The notes under the pieces were generated by a model that saw only the letters and a program-made list of their open reading frames with translations, searched no databases and was not told the origin of the DNA. The position numbers were made by a program, and so were the translations under genes. This document shows, one piece after another, positions 1 through 13,832 of a stretch of DNA of 64,000 nucleotides (position 1 is the stretch's first letter; each line of letters opens with the position of its first letter). This DNA is from Blastocystis sp. Blastoise (Eukaryota > Protista > Bigyra: Opalinata): positions 1,426,001 through 1,490,000 of the forward strand of contig JBBPEB010000015.1 in the NCBI GenBank assembly GCA_039096225.1, written 5' to 3'.

Positions 1-4
1 CTAT

Positions 5-3000
5 ATGCCTAATAATAATAAAGCTTATATTACATATAAATGGACTATTACTAAAGCTGCTGTTATTCAAGAAAATAATAGATATGCTGCTAGTGAAATT
101 AAATTCTATTTAGAAGATATTGAATCAATTGTCATTCCTGATTTCCGTTTTACTACTTCTATTATAGTTGCTTATAAGGGAGTTACTGTTCCTACTCTTT
201 TAGTTTCTTCTGAATATTATTATGATTTCACTATTTCTCCTGCTCTTCCTACTGGTATTACTATGGATTCTTCTAATGGTAACTTAAGTGGTATTCCTAC
301 TCAACTTCAATCTACTACTACTTATACTATTAGTGCTAAGAATATTCACGGTATTGCTGTAACTACTACTATTACTTTCTCTGTTTCTATTTGTGCTGTT
401 GCTAATACTGCTTTTATTCTTAAATTTGATTTTGAAGAAGATGCTGGAGAAGCTTCATGGACTCTTAAGGATGCTTCAGGTACTGTTATTGATACTAGAA
501 CTACTTCTATTAATCACTCTACTCAATATTTCTCTTTCTGTAAACCTAAAGGTATTTATTCTCTTGTTTTATCGGATAGTATGAATGAGGGTTGGGGTTC
601 TGGTTCTTATACTATCTTAGATATTGATAATAATGTTTATGTTACTGGAACTGTTGGTGCTGGGGAATCTCCTAAAACTGTTAATGTATATATTGATCAA
701 GCTACTGGTTCTTCTACTTCTTGGAAATACTTAACTTTTGGTACTGATGTTCCTTCTGGATGGTATACTATTTCCTTCTCTGATACTGCTTGGTCTACTG
801 GTATTTCTGGATCTTTCCCTGCTCTTACTGGTATTAGTCAATATTATAGAACTACTTTAAGTATTACTTCAATTGATGCTTCTTATGCTGGTTATGAGAT
901 TGGTGTCAAAGGATATGCTGGTATTGCCGTTTATCTTAATGGTCAAGAAATTATAAGATCTAATCTTCCTTCTGGTACTCTTTCTTCATCTACGTTAGCC
1001 ACTTCTGAACTTTCTAATTGGATCTTCTTCAAGATTTCTATTAGTTTAATAATTAATATTCTTCTTAATGTTGGCAATAATGTATTAGCTGTTGAACTTC
1101 ATAAGAAAGATACTCTTCCTTCTATTAATGATTTCACTTATTTCACTTCTTTTATTCCTTCTGGTGAGTATAGAGTAACTGATGGTGTTGCTTGGTCTGA
1201 TATTGAAAAGACTGGTGATGAAGGTACTGATATGTTATTTGATAATAATGTAGATACTTCAGTTGTGAGTGGTCCACGATGTGTTGGTGCTATTTATCAA
1301 TATACTTTTAATAATGGTCGTAAAGAATTTATTAATCATTATAAGATTACGAATGGCAATACTTGTAATCAAAGAACTCCTTCTAGTTGGAGAATAGAAG
1401 GTTCTAACGATAATGGTATTACTTGGACATTATTAGATTATGAACACCAACAATTTTTTACCTCATATAAACAAACATTCTCTTATGATTTCTATGCTTC
1501 TCAACCTTATAATTCCTATCGATTTATTGCTACTGAATGTGATAATACTCCTCTTGATAGAAACACTTGTGGTGATGGATATTTTCAATTATCTGAATTT
1601 GGTTTATACATTAATAATAAAGCTGTTTCTTGTGTATCTGATGGTATATGGGGACCTGCTGTTGAAAGTGGTTATTCATTCCAAGAATGTCCTACGGGTA
1701 GTACAGGTATTCAAAGAAGATTATGTACTGCTGGTGTATTTGGTGAAATTCAACAACTTTGTAGTGTAGCTGCTCCTACTCGTCCATCTTATATTGGTTC
1801 TCCTTTTACTTATCACAAGAATATAATTGTATCTCTTTCTCCTATCCTATCGGATATTGAATCGACATATACTATTGATCCAGCTCTTCCTAATGGTCTT
1901 ACTATTAATGCTTCTACCGGTGTTATTTCTGGTACTCCTCTTGCTAATTCTGATATTACTACTTATACTATTACTGCTACTAATGCTGGTGGCTCTGTTT
2001 CTACGACTATTGTCATTTACGTTGATTTTGTATTTTGTACTTCTGAAGATAATTGGCCTCTTACTGAAATTGGTCAACAATATGATTTACCTTGTGAAGA
2101 TCCTATTAATTATGAAGGTTCAAGAACTAGATCATGTCAAGTTGGTTATCCTGCTATTTGGGGTTCTGTTGTTAATAATTGTCAATTAAGAATGCCAACT
2201 ATAATATATACAGTACCTACTACTATTGGATATAAAAATGTTCCTATTACACCTATTACTGCTCTTATAACTGGAAGTAATTTGAATCTATTCACTATTG
2301 ATCCTCCTCTTCCTGATGGTTTATTATTCAATTCTATTACTGGTACTATTTATGGTACACCTACTACTGCTTCTTCTGCAGTATATACTATAACTATTTC
2401 TAATCCTAGAGGTCAATCTACTGCTACAACTACTATTACTATTAATGCTTTTAACTGTCCTATTGATGATATTTGGCCTGCTACAGAAGTTGGAGAACAA
2501 GCTAGTATAGATTGTGAAGATACTATTAATTATGAAGGTTCTAGAAATAGATTATGTAAAGTTGGAGATCCTGCTGTTTGGGGAGATGTTGTTGATAATT
2601 GTCAATTGAAAACACCTTCAATTTCTTATACAACTACTACTATTACTGGTTATAAAAATATTGCTATAACTGCTATTGATGCTACTATTACTGGAGGTAG
2701 TCTCAATCCTATTACTATATCTCCTCCTCTTCCTACTGGGTTAACACTTAATACTCTTAATGGTCAAATTTATGGTACACCTTCTATAGATTCTTCTAGT
2801 AGTTATACTATTACTATTTCTAATCCTAGAGGCTATTTTACTGTAAGTATAACTATTATCATTAGTATTGCTAATTGTATTGCTGATGATATTTGGGCTG
2901 TTACTGAAATTGGTCAACAAACAACTTTAGATTGTGAAGATCCTATTAATTATGAAGGTTCTAGAACTAGATTATGTCAACTTGGTTATCCTGCTGTTTG

Positions 3001-4864
3001 GGGTTCTGTTATTAATAATTGTCAATTAAAGATACCTTCAATTACTTATGATATCACAACTATTACTTGCTATAAGAACATTGCTATTACTGCTATTGAT
3101 GCTACTATTACTGGTGGTAATTTGAATCCTCTAACTATTTCTCCTCCTCTTCCTGATGGACTACTATTTAATACTCAAAATGGTCAAATTTATGGTACAC
3201 CTACTATAAATTCTTCTAGTAGTTATACTATAACTATTTCTAATACAAGAGGAACAGTTACTACAAATATAGTAATAAATATAAATATAGCTTCTTGTGT
3301 TGCTGAAAATGGTTGGTCTATGACTGAAATTGGTCAACAAGTTACTCTACCTTGTGAAGATCCTATTAATTATGAAGGATCTAGAAGTAGAGTATGTAAG
3401 CTTGGTTATCCTGCTGTTTGGGATACTGTAGTTGATAATTGTCAACCGAAGTTACCTACAATTATATATACAACTACTACTATAATAGGTTATAAAGGTA
3501 TTGCTATTACTGCTATTGATGCTACTATTACTGGAGGGAATCTCAATCCTTTAACTATTAATCCTTCTCTTCCTTGTGGATTATCTTTTAATACTGTTAA
3601 TGGTCAGATTTATGGTACGCCTACTTTTGCTTTCTCTGATTCTTATGTTATCACTGTATCTAATGCATTAGGTCAATCTTCTGTGACTATTACAATTAGT
3701 ATTAGTGTTGCTAATTGTCTTGCTGATACTATTTGGCCTATTACAGAAATTGGTCAACAAGTTACTTTACCCTGTGAAGATACTATTAATTATGAAGGAT
3801 TTAGAACTAAATTGTGTAAAGTTGGTTATCCTGCTGTTTGGGATACTGTTATTAATAATTGTCAATTAAAGATGCCATCAATTTCTTATAATAGTAATAC
3901 GATTATTGGATATAAAGATGATATTATTACTCCTGCTTTTGCTACTATTACTGGTGGTGGTCTCAATCCTCTTACTATTTCTCCTTCTCTTCCTGATGGA
4001 TTATCTTTTAATACTCAAAATGGTTTTATATATGGTATTCCCACTTCTGCTTCTTCTAATAGTTATACTATTACTGCTTCTAATGCTAGAGGAGAAGCAA
4101 CTTTTACTATTACTATTACTATTAGTGCTGTTAATTGTCCTTCTGATGATGTTTGGCCTATTACTGAAAGAGGTATAACTGCTTATATTGAATGTGGTTC
4201 TGGTCAATCCGGTATTCAAAGTCGTGTTTGTCAGAATACAGGTGTTGGCACTGCTTCTTGGCAAGTTGCTGATAGTTCTGAATGTTATATATTTATTGTT
4301 AACGAAGATCCTGGTGAGAATAAAGTATTTATTACTGTTCCTATGAGACTTGAAGGATTATCTGAGAGTGTTTTTAATACTCCTTCTACAATAGAAACCT
4401 TTAGAATACTTATTATTCAATCACTTAGTGTTTATTCTATTCCTTCTTCTGGTGTAAAGATTATTAGTGTTTCTAGTGACTCTTCTTCTACTAGTGGTGT
4501 TTCCGTTAGTATAAGAATCACTGCTAATAAATCTGATGAAGATAATATAAAGAATGATATAAGCATTCTTTTTACAGGTATTGATTCTATTCTTCTAAAG
4601 TTATTCAAAACAAGTGATGATTCGAATCTAAAGACTATTACTGGTATTTCAATCAATGGAAAAATAGTATCAACTGGTAATTCTATTTCAGTTATAACAA
4701 TTATTCTTATTATCGTTATTATTATTCTCATTATACTCATAATTCTTGTATTCATTCTAAAGAAGAAGAAGGACGAAAAAGAAGAAAAGAAAGAAAAGAA
4801 ATTACAACCTCATAAAACAATAGAAGTTGAAACTGTTAAAGTTGAAAAACCTGTTATTTTGTAA
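5..4864 (+). CDS. Large type-I membrane surface protein: He_PIG/putative-Ig domains alternating with HRM-like Cys/Trp modules, galactose-binding-like and F5/8-type-C (discoidin) domains, SEA-like region, C-terminal TM and short basic tail; probably 5'-truncated by the window
   Basis: Intronless 1619-aa ORF whose frame is open at the window edge. Repeated ISPxLPxGLxxNxxxGxIxGTP (He_PIG) and CxxxxxWPxTxxGxxxxLxC...GxRxRxCxxGxPAVWxxxxxxC (HRM-like) units with a ~420-nt period. TPSSWRIEGSNDNGITWTLLD is a discoidin-like motif. Poly-Ile/Leu TM followed by KKKKDEK. Confidence 0.85.
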   Translation: MPNNNKAYITYKWTITKAAVIQENNRYAASEIKFYLEDIESIVIPDFRFTTSIIVAYKGVTVPTLLVSSEYYYDFTISPALPTGITMDSSNGNLSGIPTQLQSTTTYTISAKNIHGIAVTTTITFSVSICAVANTAFILKFDFEEDAGEASWTLKDASGTVIDTRTTSINHSTQYFSFCKPKGIYSLVLSDSMNEGWGSGSYTILDIDNNVYVTGTVGAGESPKTVNVYIDQATGSSTSWKYLTFGTDVPSGWYTISFSDTAWSTGISGSFPALTGISQYYRTTLSITSIDASYAGYEIGVKGYAGIAVYLNGQEIIRSNLPSGTLSSSTLATSELSNWIFFKISISLIINILLNVGNNVLAVELHKKDTLPSINDFTYFTSFIPSGEYRVTDGVAWSDIEKTGDEGTDMLFDNNVDTSVVSGPRCVGAIYQYTFNNGRKEFINHYKITNGNTCNQRTPSSWRIEGSNDNGITWTLLDYEHQQFFTSYKQTFSYDFYASQPYNSYRFIATECDNTPLDRNTCGDGYFQLSEFGLYINNKAVSCVSDGIWGPAVESGYSFQECPTGSTGIQRRLCTAGVFGEIQQLCSVAAPTRPSYIGSPFTYHKNIIVSLSPILSDIESTYTIDPALPNGLTINASTGVISGTPLANSDITTYTITATNAGGSVSTTIVIYVDFVFCTSEDNWPLTEIGQQYDLPCEDPINYEGSRTRSCQVGYPAIWGSVVNNCQLRMPTIIYTVPTTIGYKNVPITPITALITGSNLNLFTIDPPLPDGLLFNSITGTIYGTPTTASSAVYTITISNPRGQSTATTTITINAFNCPIDDIWPATEVGEQASIDCEDTINYEGSRNRLCKVGDPAVWGDVVDNCQLKTPSISYTTTTITGYKNIAITAIDATITGGSLNPITISPPLPTGLTLNTLNGQIYGTPSIDSSSSYTITISNPRGYFTVSITIIISIANCIADDIWAVTEIGQQTTLDCEDPINYEGSRTRLCQLGYPAVWGSVINNCQLKIPSITYDITTITCYKNIAITAIDATITGGNLNPLTISPPLPDGLLFNTQNGQIYGTPTINSSSSYTITISNTRGTVTTNIVININIASCVAENGWSMTEIGQQVTLPCEDPINYEGSRSRVCKLGYPAVWDTVVDNCQPKLPTIIYTTTTIIGYKGIAITAIDATITGGNLNPLTINPSLPCGLSFNTVNGQIYGTPTFAFSDSYVITVSNALGQSSVTITISISVANCLADTIWPITEIGQQVTLPCEDTINYEGFRTKLCKVGYPAVWDTVINNCQLKMPSISYNSNTIIGYKDDIITPAFATITGGGLNPLTISPSLPDGLSFNTQNGFIYGIPTSASSNSYTITASNARGEATFTITITISAVNCPSDDVWPITERGITAYIECGSGQSGIQSRVCQNTGVGTASWQVADSSECYIFIVNEDPGENKVFITVPMRLEGLSESVFNTPSTIETFRILIIQSLSVYSIPSSGVKIISVSSDSSSTSGVSVSIRITANKSDEDNIKNDISILFTGIDSILLKLFKTSDDSNLKTITGISINGKIVSTGNSISVITIILIIVIIILIILIILVFILKKKKDEKEEKKEKKLQPHKTIEVETVKVEKPVIL

Positions 4865-5050
4865 TTTTTTCTTATTTTTATATTTATTATTATTTAAATT
4901 TGTTCATACTTATATATTAATTAAAATTTCATTTTTTTTGTTTAGTTTTTGTTATTTATAAATCATTGATAAGAAGAGTTAATAGAAATTAAAAATGAAT
5001 AAAGACTAGTTGTGAATATAATTATAAACTTAATTATTACATTTTATAAA

Positions 5051-5097
<47 letters not shown>

Positions 5098-5544
5098 ATA
5101 AAACACTCATTAACTACATTTTCAAAACAGGATAATAATGAATACAATAAATAGAAGCGAAACTAGTATGATAAAACATAGAATAATTATACAATCAATA
5201 AAAATAAAGATTCTATTGAAGAGAACACAAATAAATCAAGTTACATGACATAATAAGACATATATATAGAGAATATAAAAAGAAAATAACAAGTAAAAAG
5301 TAGATACATTACAGAAAAACAAAAACAAAAAATAGAAAAAGGAGTACAGTAATATATGACAGTTTTTAATAGATTGAAAAGGATAAAAGTTTAGTTATAT
5401 ATATATATATATATAATCTGAATAAAATTGAAAAAAGAAATGAATTTATAGAAAATGAGTATAGTAAATAATTAGAGAGAGAAGTATATGTAGTAGAATA
5501 TGACTTAAAATATGAATAAGAATATGAGTAGGAAGGAATGAGTT

Positions 5545-6621
5545 TTAGACTATATAATTATGACTATTGTTCTTTCTGATATTATTGGTATTAATATTAT
5601 TAGTTACTTGAAGTTGATTATTATCTTCTGATGTTGGAATAGGTATGGATATGTTTCCCACTAATGTTTGTCCCAACTGAACTTGATTATTACTTAAAAT
5701 ACTCATTTGATTCTTGACATACCAGAGACCAAAGACAGAGATAATAACTGTTATTCCACTTTGAATATAAGGTAATAAGTAATCGGATGGATTCGATGTA
5801 TCTCGAAAGGACTCAACAACAGATAACTAGAAGTTAATTGTAATATAAAGTGATATATATTATAATATTGTTTATAGTAATGAAGTATTTATAATAATGA
5901 ATTAAATAATATTAAATTAATATAATAATAAAAAATATAATAATGAATTAAATATAAATAATAATATGTTTTATATACAGTAAAATAAAAGATGATAATA
6001 TAGAGAGATGGTTTTAGTGATGATTTGAAAACATAGCTATGACATAAACCTTTTAATTTCTAAATAAATATAATGATATAATAATAAAATATATGACATA
6101 TAATAAAAATAATACGAGAAACTTACAAATATATTATAGAAAATGACTTCCACACCGACCATATGTGAGAAAATAGTATAAACAGCTAACATCAATGTAC
6201 CTATATATATAAGATATATGTATAATAAAAGAAAAAATAAAAAATAAAGAATAGGAATATACTTGATACACATGCTGTTTCAATGATACCTCCTGCGTCA
6301 CGTACGACTATCATTTGAAGAATTGTTATTGCTAAATAAAGGATACAATAAAAAGTAAGCAATGAGTTTTCAATCAATATATTAGTATACTTACATATAT
6401 TATAACCTAGAATACAACTTGTGATATAAACTAAATAACAAAAAGGGTCTTTGACTTGATGATTTTGAGAGATACGAATACAATGGTTGATAATAGGAAT
6501 AGAGGAATAGAGGAGACATAAAAGAGGAAGAGCACGCGAAAACATAGAAACCAAGAATAAAAAGATATAATACATGAAATTTCTTTCAATTGCAGCAATT
6601 GTTACAGGATCTGTTCTCCAC

Positions 6622-6663
<42 letters not shown>

Positions 6664-6669
6664 TCTCAG

Positions 6670-6729
<60 letters not shown>

Positions 6730-7324
6730 TAAGCATACTGCATATTGAGTAAAATAATCTTCTATAGAATCTATTTGATTTGGGAAACATATCACCATCG
6801 ACAAACAAAAGAAAAAAGTCTATATGAAAAAAAAAATATTAAATATATAAATTAAAAAAAATATAACCCAATGAAAATAATAAGAAAAACAAATATATTA
6901 AATATAATATATACATTAATAATAACAACACAAATAAAGCCAGGAATCATTCCATATCCAAAAAGTCGTATAACAACATCAATCTGAATATTTTCTTTAT
7001 GTGATCTCCAATATGGGAAATATAGTGCAGAAAACTAAATAGAATAAAAACAGTAATAAATAAATAAAAATGACAATTATAAAAATAATTTTTAGATATA
7101 GAGAAAATACTGTTCCTATTGCTAAAAAGACTACACCTACAATAGACATTGGAATAAAAACAAACTATATAAACGATGATTACAGTTAAAAAAAAATGAA
7201 TAAATAATAGATATACTAATGGTATAAAGCATATTGAAACACATATGATGAACATAATAGAAAGGTAAGAAACCTTGGGAATAGACTCATAGGATGGAGC
7301 ATTATATGTTGCCGTTGACAACAT
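5545..7324 (-). CDS. Multi-exon multipass membrane protein of unknown function (~8 exons)
   Basis: GT-AG splicing gives a continuous hydrophobic frame from MLSTATYNAP to ...SGITVIISVFGLWYVKNQ...HNYIV*. Confidence 0.7.
6625..6730. repeat. (TAA)n microsatellite within an intron
   Basis: Long ataataata run between a minus-strand GTATGC donor and TATATAG acceptor. Confidence 0.95.
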
Positions 7325-8315
7325 GGATACTTTATCTATTAATGTGAAGATTTTTAAATATAAATAAAATAAAAAAAGTGATGTTAATCACACCTAACAC
7401 AAAGGAAAAAAGGTTATAAGAAGAAAAGACAGAATTGTCGAGATGGTTGTATTGAGAATTGATGACGTTGTATTGAGGAATCGATTTCGATTCTAAAACG
7501 TTGGATTCAAAATGAATTTTTGTTTTTATTTTTTAATAACGTTGTACTTTTTTGTTGCTTCGTTTTCTTTTTAAAATTAGTTCATTTAAAATTAGTTTTT
7601 TCTGCTTATAAACTATATTCAAAATATATAGTCTTAATATATTCTTGTGTTCTATTTATTTGTTTAAATCTACAATTGTTTTTATTTAGATATTATGAAC
7701 TTTTAGTGATTTAAAGGATGCATATGATATTTACGAACTATAGCTATATGAGTTATTCAATTCAATTTATTTATATCAATGAAATTGTCAACAATAAATG
7801 TGGATAATTACGACTTTTGGTTTCTTCTGAGGAGTTATTGCTGAGAATAATTGAACAATACATCTAAAATGATTTTAATTTATATTGATTAAAAATTATA
7901 ATATTATTAGCTAATGTGAAATATTTTGGTGGGTAATAAAAATAAAGAGGAACAAAATTGAATCAATAGCTACAACAAAACAATAATAAAATTAGAAAGT
8001 ATCTATTATCAATGAATAACGAAAAAAATTCAATATTGAAAATAGAATAAAAGAAAGAGGGATATATATACAATAAAAAATATATAAATATATACATATA
8101 TATTGGATTACAATATATATCTTATCATTTAGAAAAATAAGAACAAATTCAAATAAAATAGAAACGATAAAAAATTGAAAACAAATAATAATGTATATAA
8201 ATAAAAAAGTTAAAAAATATAGTTTATATTTAAAAAATAAAAAAGTTAATATCATTAGTGATATAAAAGTTTAGAATATAATACAATACTTATATATAAT
8301 TCTTCAGTGGTCATT

Positions 8316-11300
8316 TCAATTAGTAGATGTATTAGTCTCTATTTCAGGATCTTCAGGTGCTTCTTTCTTACCTTCTTCTTCAGGTTGAACTTCAGGTATA
8401 TTTTCAGTTGGAATACTTGTTTTGGAGTTTATATCATTTTCACTGATAGTCAATTCTTTAATAGGTTTAGATTCTACAGAATCAATAGTAGTTTCTTCTT
8501 TTTCTTTTTCTTTTTCTTTTTCTTTTTCTTTTTCTTCTTCTTTTTCTTCTTCATTCTTACTATTTTCATTGTCTTCACTTTCATTTTCATCATTATCTTC
8601 ATCTTCACTCTCACTATATTCCTCATCACTACTACTACTAAGTTCTAGAACCTTCCAAGGATTGTACCAAAGACTCTTCTCTTCAGTATCAGGCTTCACA
8701 TATTTAGGTTTACGATTCTTACTTCGTCTCTGAGAGATCTTCACAGGAACAGAAGATTTCTCTTTAGGAATAACCTCTTTCTCTACTACAGGACGCTCAG
8801 CCCAAAAATCAACCTTTATATAGATATAATAGTTAAGCAAAATAAATAGAAAAAATTAAAAAAAAAAAAAAAGAAAAAAATAATAATAATAATAAAAATA
8901 AATAAGAATAAACTAATACTTGCATATGCATATCTCTTTGATCCAACATGGCTTTAACATTTCTAGCTATTTGTTCTGTGAAGAAGACAATAAGGACACC
9001 GTTAGGCTTAATCCATCGACGAATATGATACTTACCAATAGGGAAAAATGCATCAAAGAACTGAATAAAATAGAATATATAGAAATATATAAATAAAATA
9101 TAAATAATAAAATAATAATAAAAATAATAATAATAATAAAAACACCATAAAAAAATAATAAAAATTATAATCATAAGAAGATATATATATATACTCGAAG
9201 AAGATCGTCATCTCTCACGAATTCTCGTCGATAATCATGAATATATAATGTTGCGAAATCTTTTTCTGTAGCTTTCTCTGGTAAGGGTTCTTTATAAACA
9301 TATATATAATAAATTAATGTGCAATGAATAATAGAAAAATATTTAATGAATAATATAAATATACGTATATTGTGTTTTCTGGTTCCATCAACTAATCCAT
9401 CGACTCGCTTATATGCATCTAATAGAGACAGTTCGGGGCGATGAGGGTTAGGACCTAAGACGGCCCATATCTTTTGAGGAGCTGTTGAAGAATAGATTCG
9501 AAGACCGTAGAAATTACCTAAGTCTTGTAACTATAAATGGAGAATAGATAGAGAAAGGATTGAAGAAGAATAGAGATATAAAAAGTATACATACATTTTT
9601 CTCATAGGTTTGATAAAGAATAGGAAGTTCGAATTCTTTACCTGTTTCCTTAGACATAACAATAGTATCAAATCGATTCACTATCCATTTAACGAACTCG
9701 GGCTTATTAGCAGCAAAAATAAGGAGAGAACGAGGATAAGGACAAACGAGTAATTCTTGTTCATATGCACGACGACGTTCCTATATTAGACAAGGTATAA
9801 TCATAGGAATATAGAGATCATTAATTAATAATATAATAAATCGAAATTTAATATAATAATAATAGCATAAATATAATAATAGTATATAATAATAATAGTA
9901 TATAATATACATCATCATCTGTAAACTGAAGGAGAGAGGGCCCAACTTGAAGAGCTGTAGCTAGTCGAATGTTTCTCATGATAATTTGACACTTCTCATC
10001 ACATTCCAATGTTCTTTCTCTCATGGGTTTATAGATAGCTTCAGCTTGTTCCTCTGTTAGATTGGGTATGCCACCAATCATGCATTTCTCTTTGACCACT
10101 CGTCTTCCACATGGACATTTGAGTTCAATAAAGCATTCACACGGAGTATCAGGACATTCTGTTCCTGGATGACATAAGGCAGTACATGTATGACTACAAT
10201 ACTTACGTAATTTACCACATACTTGACCACAACCATGTTCTTTAAATGTATGTTCTGGATCACAAGGAAGAGGATGACAAGATCGTTTGCATATATGTCC
10301 ACATTCTAATTGTTGTCCACAGAGAGCTCCACAACTGACATTTTCCTTTGAACAAGGAATATGATCAAGGTATACATGCCCTCCAGCACACATCTTTGTC
10401 ATAGGGAACATACAGGGTGGACATTCACCTTCATGACAATTATGAGGAGGACAATTAACATGGCCATTAGGACATGGCTTATTACATGGATAAGGACATT
10501 TTAATTCTCTTGTTCCACAAGTAAATGGTGGATTGATAACAGTCTTACCACAGGCACAAACAAGAGGTTCAAGGTATATATGTCCACAAGGGAGACAAGG
10601 ACCAGGATGACATGGCTGCTCACAGTAATGCTTCTCACAGTTCAAAAGACGACCACAAACATTATGACATTGATGAATAGTTCCGACAGATCTTTTGCCT
10701 CTATTTGGACAACACTTTACTTGACATAAATGTCTTTTACAGGATAGTTTGCTATTGCAAATATGATTACACAAATAGGGTTGACGAATACGATTAATAT
10801 ATTCTTCACTTACACCTTGAGGAGCAGGACTATATAGTTCAATAAGTAGATATAAAATATATTCATAAGGGAAATAATAAACAAAGAAGAAATATAAAAG
10901 TATAAAAAGAAAGAAAGATTGGTATTATGATATATATATATATCATACAGATTATTAAGTACCCAGCAAGGGACCTTTCGTTTGACATATCCACATCGAC
11001 ACTTCTGCATAACAGGTTCTGTACATGATTCACAGGGACCTTCATGACAGAGTTGTTTACAATAGTGTGTACCACAATTAAGTAGTTTTCCACATACATT
11101 GGTACATGTTGGAATAGGTTCATAACAATATTTACGATTTGGAGCTAGATCTTTAACGAGACATTTACCACAAGGACAGGTAGAAGTATCAGTTAAAACC
11201 CGTTCACATTTGCCACAGTCTCCAGAATGACACACCTTCTGACAACGATGATATTGACATTCTAGGATTTTACCACAGATCTGGCCGCAGGAGTATCCTC

Positions 11301-13561
11301 CTGTCCCTGCTTCCTTAAAGGTCTTCAAGTGATAGTCAGAAGGAGTAACAACATTTGTCTCTTTAGGAATCTCCTTATCGATATCTATAACTTTCTCTTC
11401 TTCTTCACTATCATCTATATCATCCATATCATCTATATCTATATTCTCATATAAACTGAGATCTGCAGCCTTTTCTGATGAACCTAAATAATAAACACAA
11501 TAATAATAATAAATATAATAAACACAATAATAATAATAAATAAAATAAACACAATAATAATAATAATAAATATAATAAACACAATAATAATAATAATAAA
11601 TATAATAAACACAATAATAATAATAAATATAATAAACACAATAATAATAATAATAAATATAATAAACATGATAATAATAATAATAAATATAATAAACACA
11701 ATAATAATAAATATAATAAACATGATAATAATATACTTGTATTGTTGACGGTAGGAATAGGTTTAAGGAGACGTATATCATCAGGGAATCGACTTCTCAA
11801 TTGAATATCTATATTTCCACAAATATCTTTTTTGTGTTCCTTTCCACAATAACAGGAGGTTTCCATTTCAAAAGTGCATTTTCCGCATTCTCCATCATGA
11901 CATATACGTGTACAGTAGTGTTCTTGACAGGACATCAATTTACCACATACATTATGACAATGAGGCACTTCATCTGTTTTACCACATTGAACAGAAACTC
12001 TATAGGATAATAAAATTATTTAATATATATAAATATATATACTCTTCTTTACCACAAGCACATTTTCGTTTAACAATAATAGTACACATGGGACAAGGTC
12101 CAGGATGACAGAGAGAAGAACAAAGATGAGGACATAATGATCCTCGAGATTTCCCACAAGTTCGGCCACAACTATGTGGACTAAGGGAGTTTCCTTGAAG
12201 ATGATCTTCATGAGATAAATCTGTTTGACCACAGAAACAACCTGAAGGACGTGTTGGGAAGGAAATGACTTCACGACAACGAGGACATTTACCTTCAATC
12301 TCAAGGAAACTCTGAGAGTTCAAATAAGTAAGGAATGCTAGAATAAATTATAATATAATAAATAATATATAGAAAAAATAATTATACAATAAATAAAATA
12401 ATTATACAATAAATAAAATAATAATAATAAAAAATAAAATAATGAATAGAATAATAAATAAAATAATGAATAGAATAATAATAATAAAAATAAAATAATA
12501 AATAAAATAATAAATAAATAGAATAATAAGCTTATATACCATGAGGTGTTTTGATACTAGATGGGAGTTGACTCTTTATATATGCATCTGTGCTTTTAAA
12601 TACCCAAGTGATCATACATTCAAGATGACAGAGACCATAACATTTAGGACAATTATATATTTTCTGATTACGACGAATATTTCCAAAACATATATTACAG
12701 CAATAGGTCTCATTAAATAGTTCTTTCTCCAACCGATCCTTCAGATCTCCTTGGTCATTATCATTTATATTACTATCTAATAAACCCTTCTATAAATAAA
12801 TAATAGAATATATATAATATACATATTATCAATATTAACGGATTCAATATTAATATATATATATATATCTTATAAAGCTCTATATAATATTGTCAATAAT
12901 ATATACACTTTCAGGAGTTCGTTTACGATTATATTTCTTTTTATAATTCTTTTTAGGTTTTGTAGAACCATTTGCATTTGTTGAGGGTTTGTTTTGTTGT
13001 TGAGAGGAAACATCTTTAGAATCGCTATTCGATATTTGCGGTACATTTGTTCCTTCTTCTGCAGATGGACTGACAGGACTCTGAACATGAGGGGTTCGAT
13101 TCTTTTTATTATAACGATGACGCTTCTTTTTCTCTTGATTTCCATTAACTCCATTAGGTCTCATTGCATTATCTCCTTCATTTTGAGGGGTTTGTACAGA
13201 AGTACTATTTGAAGTATTCTGACTTATAGAATTTGGAACAAAAGGCTTAGCATCTGTATTTAATGACCGTTTAGGGTTCTTCTTGTTTTGCTGAGAAACA
13301 TTTACTCGCTCACCTTCTTGTTCTCCAGTTACAGAACTCTTATTCGCCTCATTGTGCTCTCTTTTATGATAGTTATTATAACCTTTCCTACGATAATTAT
13401 TGTATCGTCTTTCACGGTTATCTCTTCCAGAACCATTCACTTCCCCAACTTGTCCATCAGTATTCTCTAAAAAACAAACAATGAACACAGAAACAATAGA
13501 AAATACTCATCACAACATTGTTGCTAGACTCTTGAACACCTTGGTTACCGTTTTCGCTCAT
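8316..13561 (-). CDS. NFX1: NF-X1-type zinc-finger protein (NFX1/shuttle craft-like): RING/PHD-like finger, many NF-X1 fingers, R3H-like region, acidic tail; ~12 exons
   Basis: CNICFGNI...CPKCYGLCHLECMITW, repeated CGxHxCxxxCHxGxCxxC, and an LQDLGNFYGL R3H-like segment. All junctions are GT-AG and in frame. Confidence 0.9.
11486..11735. repeat. Intronic minisatellite (~27-30-nt unit aataataataataaatataataaacac, ~8 copies)
   Basis: The tandem unit is directly visible and fills an NFX1 intron. Confidence 0.9.
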
Positions 13562-13832
13562 ATTATTACACTAATTTATGTAAAGCTTTAAAAATAAATA
13601 TGAATCTTTTCCTTTTTATTAAAAAAATTCTATCGTACTTTCTTTTTATCACAAATTTCTTATTTTGCACCGAATACTTGATCATTTCCCCGTGATTATA
13701 ATTATCCCAGAAGAACACGTATTTAACACTAGAATCTTAAACTTACTGATTATGTCTGAGATTAATCTTCTTTTTCTGTGTATTCTCCATAATTCTATTG
13801 AGATATATGTTTTATCATCTTGATATGAACTA

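Noticed and set aside
6340-6348. GTATCCTTT on the minus strand, a possible U12 GT-AG donor
   Set aside because: The frame is open without it and it lies inside a likely 63-nt GTAAGT...TTTAG intron, with no good branch site.
6586-6808. Poly-Tyr/Leu/Ile ORFs here and at 11484-11723, 25245-25457, 29015-29248, 37144-37362 and elsewhere
   Set aside because: They are translations of intronic or intergenic AT microsatellites lying between clear splice sites.
11486-11735. CRISPR-like or mobile-element repeat arrays (also 22555-22700 and 26609-26719)
   Set aside because: These are simple tandem repeats without unique spacers, in a eukaryotic context with no cas, transposase or RT ORFs.
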